The notes under the pieces were generated by a model. The model had not been told where the DNA came from. It searched no databases and worked only from the letters and a program-made list of their open reading frames with translations. DNA of 64,000 bases, from NCBI GenBank assembly GCA_019695265.1, contig JAIBAJ010000002.1, positions 11,822 to 75,821 on the forward strand, given 5' to 3'. Made by a program: the position numbers and the translations under genes. Source of the DNA: Bacteroidia bacterium. GTDB lineage: Bacteria > Bacteroidota > Bacteroidia > JAIBAJ01. Positions 21,115 to 31,400 of the stretch are shown here, in pieces (position 1 is the stretch's first letter; each line of letters opens with the position of its first letter).

Positions 21115-21618
21115 ATGAACACTATCCACTTGCTATTAGGTACCAACCAGGGTGATCGAATGCATAATCTCGATTTAGCCCATGAAATGGTTTTAGAAAG
21201 GATTGGAATGATTGTTCGGACAAGTCAAATTTACCAATCTCCGCCTTGGGGCTTTCAAGCTGAGCAGGATTTTTATAACCAGGTTTTATGTGTCGAAACA
21301 AGTCTTGAGCCAATGGAAGTACTCACCGAAATTTTGAGTTTTGAAGAGAAATTAGGCCGAAAGCGGGAAGTTAAGGAAGGACAAAAGGTTTACCATTCCC
21401 GAAAAATGGATATTGATATTCTGTTGTGGGAAGATAAGGTCATTGAGACGGACCAATTAAATGTACCACACCCTAGAATGACAGAACGTAGGTTTGTTTT
21501 GCTGCCCTTGGCCGAAGTTTCTGCCGAAGTTCAACATCCGGTTTTTAAAACAAGCATTCAGGAACTTTGTCATCTTTGCCTCGATTTAAGTCAGGTTGAA
21601 CCAATAACCATTGCATGA
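21115..21618 (+). CDS. folK: 2-amino-4-hydroxy-6-hydroxymethyldihydropteridine pyrophosphokinase (HPPK)
   Basis: MNTIHLLLGTNQGDR is an HPPK N-terminal motif. The ORF is open from 21088, but the second Met matches the canonical HPPK start. Confidence 0.8.
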   Translation: MNTIHLLLGTNQGDRMHNLDLAHEMVLERIGMIVRTSQIYQSPPWGFQAEQDFYNQVLCVETSLEPMEVLTEILSFEEKLGRKREVKEGQKVYHSRKMDIDILLWEDKVIETDQLNVPHPRMTERRFVLLPLAEVSAEVQHPVFKTSIQELCHLCLDLSQVEPITIA

Positions 21619-22415
21619 AAAAAATACTCTTTATTGCTATTTTGTTTGGGTGCTCGTGTAACAGTGTTCCAATTACCAATCGTAAACAACTCAACTTACT
21701 TCCGGAGTCTCAATTGGTGGGAATGGGTTTAACCGAGTATAAGTCCTTCTTAGCTCAACATCCTCCGGTAGCTTCCGGAAACTCCAATGCAGATTTGGTG
21801 AAACGAGTTGGAATTAAAATACAACAAGCAGTCACTAAGTTTTTTCAACAGAAAGGCCTAGGATCCAGATTGAATGGATATAAATGGGAGTTTAACCTGG
21901 TTAATTCGCCTGAAGTGAATGCCTGGTGTATGCCCGGTGGTAAGGTGGTGGTTTATTCCGGATTGTTAAATGTAACCAAAGATGAAGCATCCTTAGCCTT
22001 TGTAATGGGGCACGAAATTGCGCATGCCATAGCTCGGCATGGAAATGAGCGAATGAGTGAAGCCATTATTGCTGAGACCGGGGCATTGGCTTTAGATACC
22101 TATCTGCAAACGCAACAAGTGAAGTCCAGGGCACTATTTAACCAGGCCTATGCCATTGGAGCCCAGGTTGGAGTGATGTTGCCTTTTAGCAGAATGCATG
22201 AAAGCGAGGCCGATAAAATGGGAATGGTTTTTATGGCTTTGGCCGGATACGACCCTTCTAAATCACCTGAATTTTGGAAACGGATGCAAGCAGCAGGAGG
22301 TTCCAAACCGCCCGAATTTTTAAGTACTCACCCGAGCGATGCCTCTCGCGAAAAGGCTATGAAAGAATATTTGCCTGAAGCCATGAAATACTTTAAAAAA
22401 CCTATTGCTCCTTAA
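21615..22415 (+). CDS. M48-family zinc metallopeptidase lipoprotein
   Basis: Signal peptide plus lipobox (LFGCSC), the HEIAHAIARH zinc motif, and a downstream E..D plus STHP motif. It overlaps the folK stop by 4 nt. Confidence 0.85.
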   Translation: MKKILFIAILFGCSCNSVPITNRKQLNLLPESQLVGMGLTEYKSFLAQHPPVASGNSNADLVKRVGIKIQQAVTKFFQQKGLGSRLNGYKWEFNLVNSPEVNAWCMPGGKVVVYSGLLNVTKDEASLAFVMGHEIAHAIARHGNERMSEAIIAETGALALDTYLQTQQVKSRALFNQAYAIGAQVGVMLPFSRMHESEADKMGMVFMALAGYDPSKSPEFWKRMQAAGGSKPPEFLSTHPSDASREKAMKEYLPEAMKYFKKPIAP

Positions 22416-22417
22416 GT

Positions 22418-23137
22418 ATGGATTATGCCAACATCGATTTCGAAAACGGGAAGGATATTTCTATTCCATTTCAACCTCAAGGAGTTAATGCATTTTGGGC
22501 ACCTGATGTTTCTATTGAGCCATACATAAATGGTTCATTTATCGGGGATATTAATCATGGAAGCAGTGTCAATTACCGAAACGTTTTTTTCAACCCACAT
22601 GGAAATGGGACACATACCGAATGTATAGGGCATATTCATGCGGATTGGCAGAAAGTCAATGAGTTGACCTTGCCATTTCTGATGAAGTGTTTGTTGGTTT
22701 CAGCTACACCGGTTTCCAGAATGGACGATTGGGTTATAGGTTTAGAATCGCTACAATTACCTGAACAAACCCATTGTAAGGCCATTGTAATTCGCAGCCT
22801 GCCTAATCCTGAAAGCAAGAAAACGGCACAATACTCAGGTACCAATCCACCCTATGTAGATCAGGAACTCATGAGAAGATTGGTTAATCTTGGCTTTGAG
22901 CATTTCTTAATTGATTTACCCTCCGTTGACAAGGAAGAGGATGGAGGAGAATTAAGTGCTCACAAAATTTGGTGGGATTGGAAGGGAGGATCTCGGTATG
23001 GATGTACGATAACAGAATTGGTTTATGTGCCAGATTCGTTACCGGATGGGACTTATGCCTTGCACTTGGGCTTAACCAATTTAAGGAACGATGCAGTTCC
23101 TTCTCGTCCTATTTTGTTTCCTTTCATTTCTATTTAA
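22418..23137 (+). CDS. Putative cyclase / arylformamidase family protein
   Basis: PF04199-like motif NPHGNGTHTECIGHI, a H-x-G-T-H-x-D/E variant. Confidence 0.55.
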   Translation: MDYANIDFENGKDISIPFQPQGVNAFWAPDVSIEPYINGSFIGDINHGSSVNYRNVFFNPHGNGTHTECIGHIHADWQKVNELTLPFLMKCLLVSATPVSRMDDWVIGLESLQLPEQTHCKAIVIRSLPNPESKKTAQYSGTNPPYVDQELMRRLVNLGFEHFLIDLPSVDKEEDGGELSAHKIWWDWKGGSRYGCTITELVYVPDSLPDGTYALHLGLTNLRNDAVPSRPILFPFISI

Positions 23138-23293
23138 TACCAGTGTTATTTGAGAAATAGTCCAAAACCTATTTCGAAAATTACAGGGGTAAATTCCGAT
23201 GCTAAAGCTGTTTAGGCAAATTAGTGCGAAGCTTCATTGGATTAATACAGTTCGGCTATCGATATTAGTCCAATAAACAGACGAAAGGGTAAT

Positions 23294-23323
23294 AAAAAAG
23301 GCCGAAAATTTCGGCCTTTTTTA
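23294..23323. terminator. Bidirectional rho-independent terminator
   Basis: aaaaaaggccgaaaatttcggcctttttt is a perfect GC stem flanked by A and T runs. It lies between convergent genes. Confidence 0.75.
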
Positions 23324-23397
23324 TTGTTAGGAAAGTTTATCCTTTTTAGTTTTCAAATATCCAGGTGATTTTTAAGAAAATAGCCGGATAATCGGAA

Positions 23398-25836
23398 TTA
23401 GATTTTTAAAGTATATTGAATTACCCAGGTTCTTGGAGGCATAATGTTCAAAGGACGCAAGGTGTATTCTCTATTAAGCATATTGTTGATGATAAGTGAA
23501 ATTCGGTTGTTTTTGTTGATATTGTAGGCAACCCTGAAATCCACCACATAGTCACCTTTGTTGTGTTTTTTTCTGTAATTGGTAACGTTACCAATACCAT
23601 TATAGCCATTGAAATCCTCAAACAATTTATCCACGTTTTGCATAAAGCTATTATACCTTAAGCTACCTCCAAGTAAAAATCCTTTCCAGGAAATCTCGAT
23701 ATCGGCTTTAACCAAATGTTGGAAACGATATTTCAAAATATAGTTGGTTGTATCAGAAGAGGTAGTTAGGTAAGTGATTTTGGCTACACTATCATTGTCG
23801 AAATAGAAATTTGGATTTAATGAAATTGGTTTCATATAGGTATAACCCAACAACATATTGATTTCAACATTGCCAATTTTACCATTACCTAAGATGGATA
23901 TATCAACTCCGGATGAACGTGTAGGGCCTATATTTACTGAACGGAAACCTGGATTGATTAAACCGCCAATACCGGATGTGGCTGAAGAATCCCAAAGTCC
24001 AAAAATGAATTCAATGTTGTTTTTGTATTGTTGTAGAAAGTAGGCAGCATCGAAGTAACCTTTGAAGTTTCCAATTTTAACGCCTTGTTTAATACCAACT
24101 TCAGCATTCCAACTGGTTTCTGAACCTAAGGTTTGGTTTGGGAAAATTTGGATAGGACCAATTGAGGTATAGATATATTTCTCAGCGATGGTTGGGAAAC
24201 GGTAACCTTGTCCGAAAGAACCACGAAGGTAGGTTTCTTTATTGGTTACCTTCAAATTCATCCCTGCTCTGAAAACGGGTTTCCCTTGATCTTCACCATT
24301 AATAGCAAAATGCTCATATCGAACACCGGCGTTAAGAGTCAAACGTTTCCAAAAGGTTTTATCTAATTGTAAATAGGCAGCCAGGTTGGTTGCGGAACTT
24401 TTACCTGATTTATCTTCATTTCCCATATACAACGAAGCCTCTGCAACGGTATAGGAGCCCATGATACCGGTAGTTAAGGTGAATTCTTTAATACCATAAT
24501 CATCAAAACGTTGCTGGTATTGATAGTTGGCATAATACCAATCTGATTTATTGGCCCTGTTACCGCTATTGGCATTGTTTACATGGAAAATTCGGGTTCT
24601 CAAAGCATGAGACGCTCCTTTTTTACCATAATAGGTCAAATATGGATCAATGTTATAGGTAACTTGTTTGGTTTCGGTTACAGAATTAGGATAAGGCCTG
24701 TATAATCCGGATGAATCATTTAACCACAATAAAGTTCCGTTGGAATGAGAATACATATAGTTACCATTCACTCCAATAGAAAGTCCATCAACTTTTTTGA
24801 ATCTGTATCGAAGGTTTATATTAGTTCTGCCTCTTCTTTCGTACATGCTTTCATTTCTGGAAATTCCTGTAATGGAATCATTGGCATCTTTAACGTAATT
24901 GTAGGAAACTCCGGAAACAAGGGTATCTCCGGTTTCAGGTCCGATAAACCCTTGGTCATAGTATAAATTACCACCCCAAACAAAATCCAATTGGCCAATT
25001 TTTCTGGAATGTAGGAAATTTAATCCTGTGTAAATTGGAGATGTTTTACCGGCATAATATTCTTGGTCGGTTTGAGGTTTATCATAAAGTCCGGTAAACA
25101 CATTTATTTTGGTTTGAGGAACATCTCTTGGGTAGGAAGTACGGATGTTAATAACACCATTTAGGGCAGCAGAACCATATAATACGGAAGAAGCACCTTT
25201 AATTACCTCAATTTGTTCAACATTTTCAACCGGTAAAAAGCCCCAGGAAGGACGACCGGCATCACCGGAAAGAAGTGGTAAATCATCTACTAGAACCATT
25301 ACACGGCTTCCTGCTCCAAAGCTATATCCGCTACCGCCACGAATTTGAGGTTCATTATCTACGATAGTAACACCGGGCGTTTGTTGAACGGCCTGATCCA
25401 TCGATGTTGTATTTTTATTCTCAATAATGTTTGGCTTAATTACATCCATGGAAACGGTAACCTTTTCAATGGGTTTGGCAAACTTACCTTCCGAATATAC
25501 AATGGTTCCCAGTTCGGTCGTGGCAGTTTCCAGGGCAATATCGAGCAGAACGATTCCACCATCTTTAATTTCAACAATTTTCTTTTGTTCTTTAAAACCA
25601 ACGCTGGTGATAAGGATGGTTTGTTTTCCGGCAGGTAACTTTAATTCGTACTTTCCATCTAGGTCAGTTGATGCCCCTTTGGACTTGTCTTTTTCCCAAA
25701 CCACATTGGCTCCCGGGATAGTTTCTTGGGTTTTTCCGTCTTTGATGACACCTTTAACAGTTCCTGTTTGGGCTATTGAAAAATTGTAAAATGCTGTAAA
25801 ACAGACTGTTAGTACTAGGGTAAGATAGGATTTCAT
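23398..25836 (-). CDS. TonB-dependent outer-membrane receptor with an N-terminal carboxypeptidase-regulatory-like domain
   Basis: 812 aa with a signal peptide, a CarboxypepD_reg segment (TGTVKGVIKDGKTQETIPGANVVWEK...GKYELKLPAGKQTILITSVGF), a plug and a barrel. C-terminal residue I. Confidence 0.85.
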   Translation of the reverse strand: MKSYLTLVLTVCFTAFYNFSIAQTGTVKGVIKDGKTQETIPGANVVWEKDKSKGASTDLDGKYELKLPAGKQTILITSVGFKEQKKIVEIKDGGIVLLDIALETATTELGTIVYSEGKFAKPIEKVTVSMDVIKPNIIENKNTTSMDQAVQQTPGVTIVDNEPQIRGGSGYSFGAGSRVMVLVDDLPLLSGDAGRPSWGFLPVENVEQIEVIKGASSVLYGSAALNGVINIRTSYPRDVPQTKINVFTGLYDKPQTDQEYYAGKTSPIYTGLNFLHSRKIGQLDFVWGGNLYYDQGFIGPETGDTLVSGVSYNYVKDANDSITGISRNESMYERRGRTNINLRYRFKKVDGLSIGVNGNYMYSHSNGTLLWLNDSSGLYRPYPNSVTETKQVTYNIDPYLTYYGKKGASHALRTRIFHVNNANSGNRANKSDWYYANYQYQQRFDDYGIKEFTLTTGIMGSYTVAEASLYMGNEDKSGKSSATNLAAYLQLDKTFWKRLTLNAGVRYEHFAINGEDQGKPVFRAGMNLKVTNKETYLRGSFGQGYRFPTIAEKYIYTSIGPIQIFPNQTLGSETSWNAEVGIKQGVKIGNFKGYFDAAYFLQQYKNNIEFIFGLWDSSATSGIGGLINPGFRSVNIGPTRSSGVDISILGNGKIGNVEINMLLGYTYMKPISLNPNFYFDNDSVAKITYLTTSSDTTNYILKYRFQHLVKADIEISWKGFLLGGSLRYNSFMQNVDKLFEDFNGYNGIGNVTNYRKKHNKGDYVVDFRVAYNINKNNRISLIINNMLNREYTLRPLNIMPPRTWVIQYTLKI

Positions 25837-25888
25837 TTAAAATATGTTAAATTCGCGGCCACGAAAATAATATAATTCTTTTACGCCT

Positions 25889-26992
25889 TTGTTAAACAAC
25901 GATTTATTATATAAGATCGCTATCACAATGATAGAAGGAGTAGGTCCTGTAACTGCAAGAAAATTAATTGCTTATTCAGGAGGTGTGGCTCCAATTTTCA
26001 GTTCAAAAAAATCCATCCTGGCAAAAATTCCCGGGATTAGAGACAATCATATTTCAGGGATTTTTAAAGATGATTTGCTTCCCAGGGCTGAAAAGGAGCT
26101 GAAGTTTATTGAGAAAAATGATATTCAAACCTACTATTTTTTGGATGAAAATTATCCACGCCGAATAAAAGAGTTGGACGATAGTCCGGTTCTATTGTTT
26201 GGTAAAGGAAATTTACAACTCAATTCAGATAGAGTTATTTCAATTGTTGGAACTAGGAATGCAACAGAATACGGCAAATTGATGACTTCAAAAATTGTTG
26301 AGGAACTTGCTCCATTCCAACCATTAATATTAAGTGGATTAGCTTATGGTATTGATATTGCAGCGCATAAAGCGGCATTGGATATTGGTTTGCAAACAGT
26401 TGGAGTTGTTGGGCATGGTTTAGATACACTTTATCCATCGTTGCATAAACCCATTGCGGAGAAAATGATGGAGAACGGAGGAGTTTTGAGCGCATATCCG
26501 AGTAAAACATCCATAGACCCCAATAATTTTCCGGATAGAAACAGAATTGTAGCAGCCATGACAGATGCGGTGCTTGTTATGGAGGCTGGTGCTTCCGGTG
26601 GGGCTTTAATTACTGCCAATTTTGCCTCAGAATTTAAACGGGATGTTATGGCATTTCCCGGAAGATCCATTGACCCATTTTCGGCGGGTTGTAATGATTT
26701 GATTAAAAAGGGGAAAGCAAAAATGGTGGAGTCTTCCAAAGAAATTGCTGATATTCTTGGCTGGAGATTAGACAATCAGAATACCAAACCTATTCAAAAG
26801 CAATTGTTTGTTGAATTAGATGAAGTTGAACAACAAATTTGGAACACCTTAAAGCTGGATGGTAAACTTAAAATGGATATCCTGTCCTTGAAAATTGGAA
26901 AAAGTTTAAGTCAAACATCTTCCACCTTATTTAATTTGGAACTAAAAGGGATTGTAAAATGTTATCCTGGAACTATTTATGGTTTGGTATAA
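25889..26992 (+). CDS. dprA: DNA processing protein DprA (Smf)
   Basis: Rossmann-like DprA core ISIVGTRNATEYG...ILSGLAYGIDIAAHKAAL. Confidence 0.85.
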   Translation: MLNNDLLYKIAITMIEGVGPVTARKLIAYSGGVAPIFSSKKSILAKIPGIRDNHISGIFKDDLLPRAEKELKFIEKNDIQTYYFLDENYPRRIKELDDSPVLLFGKGNLQLNSDRVISIVGTRNATEYGKLMTSKIVEELAPFQPLILSGLAYGIDIAAHKAALDIGLQTVGVVGHGLDTLYPSLHKPIAEKMMENGGVLSAYPSKTSIDPNNFPDRNRIVAAMTDAVLVMEAGASGGALITANFASEFKRDVMAFPGRSIDPFSAGCNDLIKKGKAKMVESSKEIADILGWRLDNQNTKPIQKQLFVELDEVEQQIWNTLKLDGKLKMDILSLKIGKSLSQTSSTLFNLELKGIVKCYPGTIYGLV

Positions 26993-27310
26993 TGGGAATT
27001 TGCGTGAAGCCGGGAAGCTTTTAATATACCAGATATAATGAATCATTTACTACAACTAATCGCTTGACTTTTACCTAATGTTCTTAGCATTATTTTCATT
27101 TGGTTTGATAATTAGATCTTGACTTTAGCCGGAACTGCAGCTTTAGTTTAAAGTTATTACCTGCCGCATTTCATACTTATTTTTAGTTCCTTGGTTTTCC
27201 CGGAGTTTAGAAAACCATGGCAGTTGGGTTGAAGTTTGGCGATGTTTCCCTTTGCAGAAGAGGATAGGTATAGTTACCATTTGGGTATGTTTTTACAAGG
27301 ATAGGTAGCG

Positions 27311-27458
27311 CATCGGGCAACGATAGAGGCAAGTAGCCCACAGGACACCGACGGCGCTAGCCTAGGGGGACGAGGACTACAGCCGATAGCGTGACCCGAA
27401 CGCCCATGCAAGTAGTTAAGGATTTGGTAAACAAATAGTTGGGCGGAGGGGGCCCGCC
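27311..27458 (+). repeat. E-family structured intergenic repeat, long variant (E5)
   Basis: atcgggcaacgatagaggcaagtagcccacaggac...gacgaggactacagccgatagcgtgacccgaacgcc...gggcggagggggcccgcc. Confidence 0.8.
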
Positions 27459-27516
27459 TAAAAGGTATTATTAGTTATAGTCGATTAAGGACGATTAACT
27501 TTTTAAGTAAACTTAA

Positions 27517-28398
27517 TTAGGTTTGACCGGAAGGAAGGTTTTTTTGTAATTTGGACGCTACTTGGGTACTTCCATCATGGCTCCATCCGGGTGGCATGAA
27601 CATATATTTTAGTTTGGATAAAAAGTTTGGCGCTTTTTCCATGTCTTTCCAAATGTCTCCATATTCATGAAAGGCAATTTTGATAAGGTTATAAGTATGT
27701 ATGTTTTTGGTGATGCCGAATTTAACCGGGTCGTCATCACGTTCTTCCTGAAAGGTTCCAAATAATCGATCCCATATAATAAGAATACCGGCATGGTTTT
27801 TATCCAAGTACCTAACATTGCTGGCATGGTGAACCCGGTGGTGAGAGGGGGTATTGAAAATCCATTCTAAAGGTCCCAATGTTTTAATAGTTTTGGTATG
27901 AATCCAATATTGATAAATTAAACTCAATTGCATCATAAACATGATCCAAATTGGATGGAAACCAAGCAAGGGCATCCAACACCACCAAACATATTTGTAA
28001 AGGATTTCAGTCCAACTTTGTCTTAAAGCAACTGCCAAATTATAATTTACAGAAGAATGATGATTTATATGAGCGGCCCAAAGAAGGCGTATTTCGTGAC
28101 TTAAGCGGTGGTGCCAATAGAAGGTAAAATCGTCTCCTAAGAATAAAAGTAAGCAACTCCACCAAACAAAAGGAATATCATAAAGCCTGTATTCGTAAAG
28201 CAAACTGTATAATAGGAAGGCAGCCCCTTTTACCCAATAGCCAATGAGCAAGGAACCTATACCCATTCCAATAGAGGCAAAACTATCTTTAGGATCATGT
28301 AATTTGAGTTTGTCCCTCCAATCAAAATACAATTCCAAAAGGATTAGGAAAATAAAACCTGGAATAAATAATACTGCTGGGTCTTTTAGTGGATCCAT
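27517..28398 (-). CDS. Fatty acid hydroxylase superfamily membrane enzyme (sterol-desaturase-like)
   Basis: Multiple transmembrane helices plus histidine boxes HHRLSHE, HINHH and HHRVHH. Confidence 0.8.
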   Translation of the reverse strand: MDPLKDPAVLFIPGFIFLILLELYFDWRDKLKLHDPKDSFASIGMGIGSLLIGYWVKGAAFLLYSLLYEYRLYDIPFVWWSCLLLFLGDDFTFYWHHRLSHEIRLLWAAHINHHSSVNYNLAVALRQSWTEILYKYVWWCWMPLLGFHPIWIMFMMQLSLIYQYWIHTKTIKTLGPLEWIFNTPSHHRVHHASNVRYLDKNHAGILIIWDRLFGTFQEERDDDPVKFGITKNIHTYNLIKIAFHEYGDIWKDMEKAPNFLSKLKYMFMPPGWSHDGSTQVASKLQKNLPSGQT

Positions 28399-28457
28399 GG
28401 TGGTTGACTTTGAATGGATAAAAGTAGCAAATACATGGAATTGAAAATTCGCAAAAA

Positions 28458-31400
28458 TCAGGTAAAATTAGGAAGTGGTTTTAATATCCAAATTTTATTG
28501 GAGGTTAGTTTGGTAGTATCTAATACATCTACCGAAAAACCATTTAGGAGAGCGAAGTTTAGGAGCCAATTTCCAGAAATAAAATGCAAACTGTTTTGGG
28601 TTTTGTTAAAGCCAAAAATGGTAGTCGAGAAAAACTCGGTTAGCCAGGTTCCCCTTTGTCTTTTCAATAAATCAGAATCACCGTCCCGGATGATAATCAA
28701 TCCATTAGGATTTAATTTGGAGAACATTTTCTGGAGTACAAGCTTTTGTTCATCGGGTGTTAGGTAGTGAAGTACATCAGCCATGATGAATACATCGGAA
28801 TTTTCCAAATCCTCCTTTACAATATCTGCAGATTTAAAGCTCACATTTTCACTGGTGGTAGAAATGTTAGAAGCAACTTCGATTTTACTTTCATCATAAT
28901 CCAATCCAATTAGTTTTCTTTCTGGTGAAAGGAATGAAAGCATCCAGGTTAAAAATCCGTAACCACAACCAATATCGGTAATTTTTCCGGAAAGAGGAAC
29001 TAATTTGTGAAAAGGAGTATAGTTGTCTTCCAGGCGTATTTTTATTCTTGCGTACCATTCCAACACAGGTCCTTTATAAATGTAATTCTTAATGAGTTTT
29101 TCTTTGTAAAACCTTGGAGTTTCTAATTCATAACACAGATTAGCGTAGTTATTTCTAAACCACTTTCCGATATTTTTAGCTAAATCGGCCGGTAATTCAC
29201 CAAAATCATCCATTCCAATATCGGTTTCTTTTTCCTTTTTTGCCTTAATCCTTGGCATTATCTTCAAGGTAATTTCTCCGTTTTTTAATAAAAAATCTCC
29301 TTTGCTCATGGTGTAACCGGTACCATGGGTAATGATTGGAATAATATCCAATTGAAGTTCTTTGGCTAGTAAAAATGCACCTTTATGGAAACGCTTCATT
29401 TTGCCGGTTGGGCTTCTAGTTCCTTCCGGCCATACAAGAATACTATATCCTTGATCTACAATTGCTTTTAATTTTTCAATGTTGTTTTCAATGCCATCAG
29501 CAACCGGCAGATAATCGGCGTATTTTATGAATGTGCCAAAAAACGGAGAATTCCAAACCCATTCATTAGTCAATAAGATCATTCTTGGTGATAACATTTG
29601 AATGGTAAGAATATCCAAAAAACTTTGATGGTTGCTTATTAGGATTGCCGGTTTTTCAAAGGTTTCGTTGGATTGATTGATAATTTTCTTCTTAACATTT
29701 GCCATTAGGTATACTAAACTACCTGTAAACCAAGAAAGACATTGGTGGAAAAAAAACTTAGACCTGGAAGAGGTTTGTCTTAACAATCTGAATTGTATAG
29801 CTCCAATGACATTTAGAATGGTACATCCTATTAGAAAGTAAAAGAATGCAATAAAGGATAAAATAAAAGAAATGGCAGTGTAAGGAAGATAGTTTTTGTC
29901 CTTTCTATCCAAGGCTAATATTCTAAATAGAAAAGGGGAAATAGTAAAAGAAATAATCAAAACGCCTACCATACCAATAATGGTAACTAAAGCTATACTT
30001 TTTAAGGCCGGATGTTTGGCAAAAATTAGAACACCAACGCCAATTAAAGTGGTAAGAGCCGATAAGAAGATGGACGACTTAAAGGAGGTTAGAACTTTTT
30101 TTCCTGTTTTGAATTCTTCCAGTTGACCACCTAAAACAAAAATACTGTAATCATCTCCTAAGCCAAAGAGCAGAGTACCAATAATAATGTTTACAATATT
30201 AAATTTAAGGCCAAAAATACCCATAATTCCTAAGAGCCAAATCCAACTTAAAACCATCGGCAAGAAATTAATTAGGGTAAGTTCTATTCGGCCATAACTT
30301 AATAGTAAAACAAAAAATACTAATCCTCCGGCAGTGAAGATAATGGTGTTGAAATCTGAACTAACGAGTTGGATGAATTGCTTGGTTAGGTGTTGCTTGT
30401 CTAAAACAATTCCTGAATTAGATTCAATAAGTTTTTCGGTTAGTGTTTCCCGATTTTCAGGTGAAGATTTTATTTGATTTATTAAATAGAAATTTCCGTT
30501 TTTTTCGAAAATAAAGTCATTAAAAAAGGCGGTCGTAACCCATTTGATATCCTTCTCGTCCATGGCCTTTGGCGGTGAAGCCAAGTTATTCAAAAACACC
30601 TCGAAAGAATTAGGTTTGAATCCCAGAATCCTAGCCTGTGATTCTAGGTTTTTTCGTACCAAAACCAATTTCTCCTTGTTCCAGTAATTTGTCCAACTTC
30701 TTCTTTTTTCAGTTTGTTTGCTCAAGGATGGTATCAAAGAACTTGGAGTAATTGCTTGTTGAATTAGTTTATTGAATGGAGCCTCTTCGATTTTTTTATT
30801 CAGTCTTTCATTTATTTCTAAAGCCTCTTGTAGAGTGGCACCTGAATTGGCAACAAATAGATTCTTGATGGAATTGGAGCTAATTGTTTCTAATTTTAAT
30901 TCGGCTAAATGAGTTTTTTCATCCAGGAAATTCATTTTCATTAAATCCTTTTCAAATCCAGCTTTATCAGAGAAAAAGAGTAAGAGAATGGTAAAACCCA
31001 GAACTGAAATCAAAATAAATTTGTTTTTTTCAAAAGGTATTTCCAGCCATGACGTTAATAGGTTGGAAGCATTGGAGGATTGTTTCTCTTTAACTAATAA
31101 GGGAAAGACCAATAAAGTAAAAATGGCGGAATGAATAAGTGCCAGTCCTGCGTACATTCCTAACTGTTGTAATGCTTGAGATTTAACCAGGGTTAATGCA
31201 AAAAAGGCTCCGGCAGTAGTTATACAACCTACCAACATTGGTCTTGCTATTTCACTCAAGGTATTTGGTATGGATTGCTCATGCTTTAAATGAGTCAAGA
31301 AATGCAAGGAATAATTAATTGCAATTCCTAAAACTATGCTACCGGCAGCTATGGCAATAACTGAAATTTCTCCAACAAAAATTCCTAGTAGGCTCAAAGA

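Noticed and set aside
11187-21618. folB and folK as parts of one folate operon
   Set aside because: They are 10 kb apart on opposite strands, separated by gltX, biotin and sppA genes. This is coincidental co-occurrence of housekeeping genes, not a cluster.
28414-28767. 117-aa plus-strand ORF overlapping the 3' end of the tri-domain fusion gene, plus several 60-90 aa antisense ORFs inside large genes (8670-8956, 13438-13911, 15757-16173, 59084-59464, 61783-62163)
   Set aside because: All lie inside, and antisense or out of frame to, long ORFs with strong family-level support. They have no motifs and are typical lengths for chance ORFs at this GC content.
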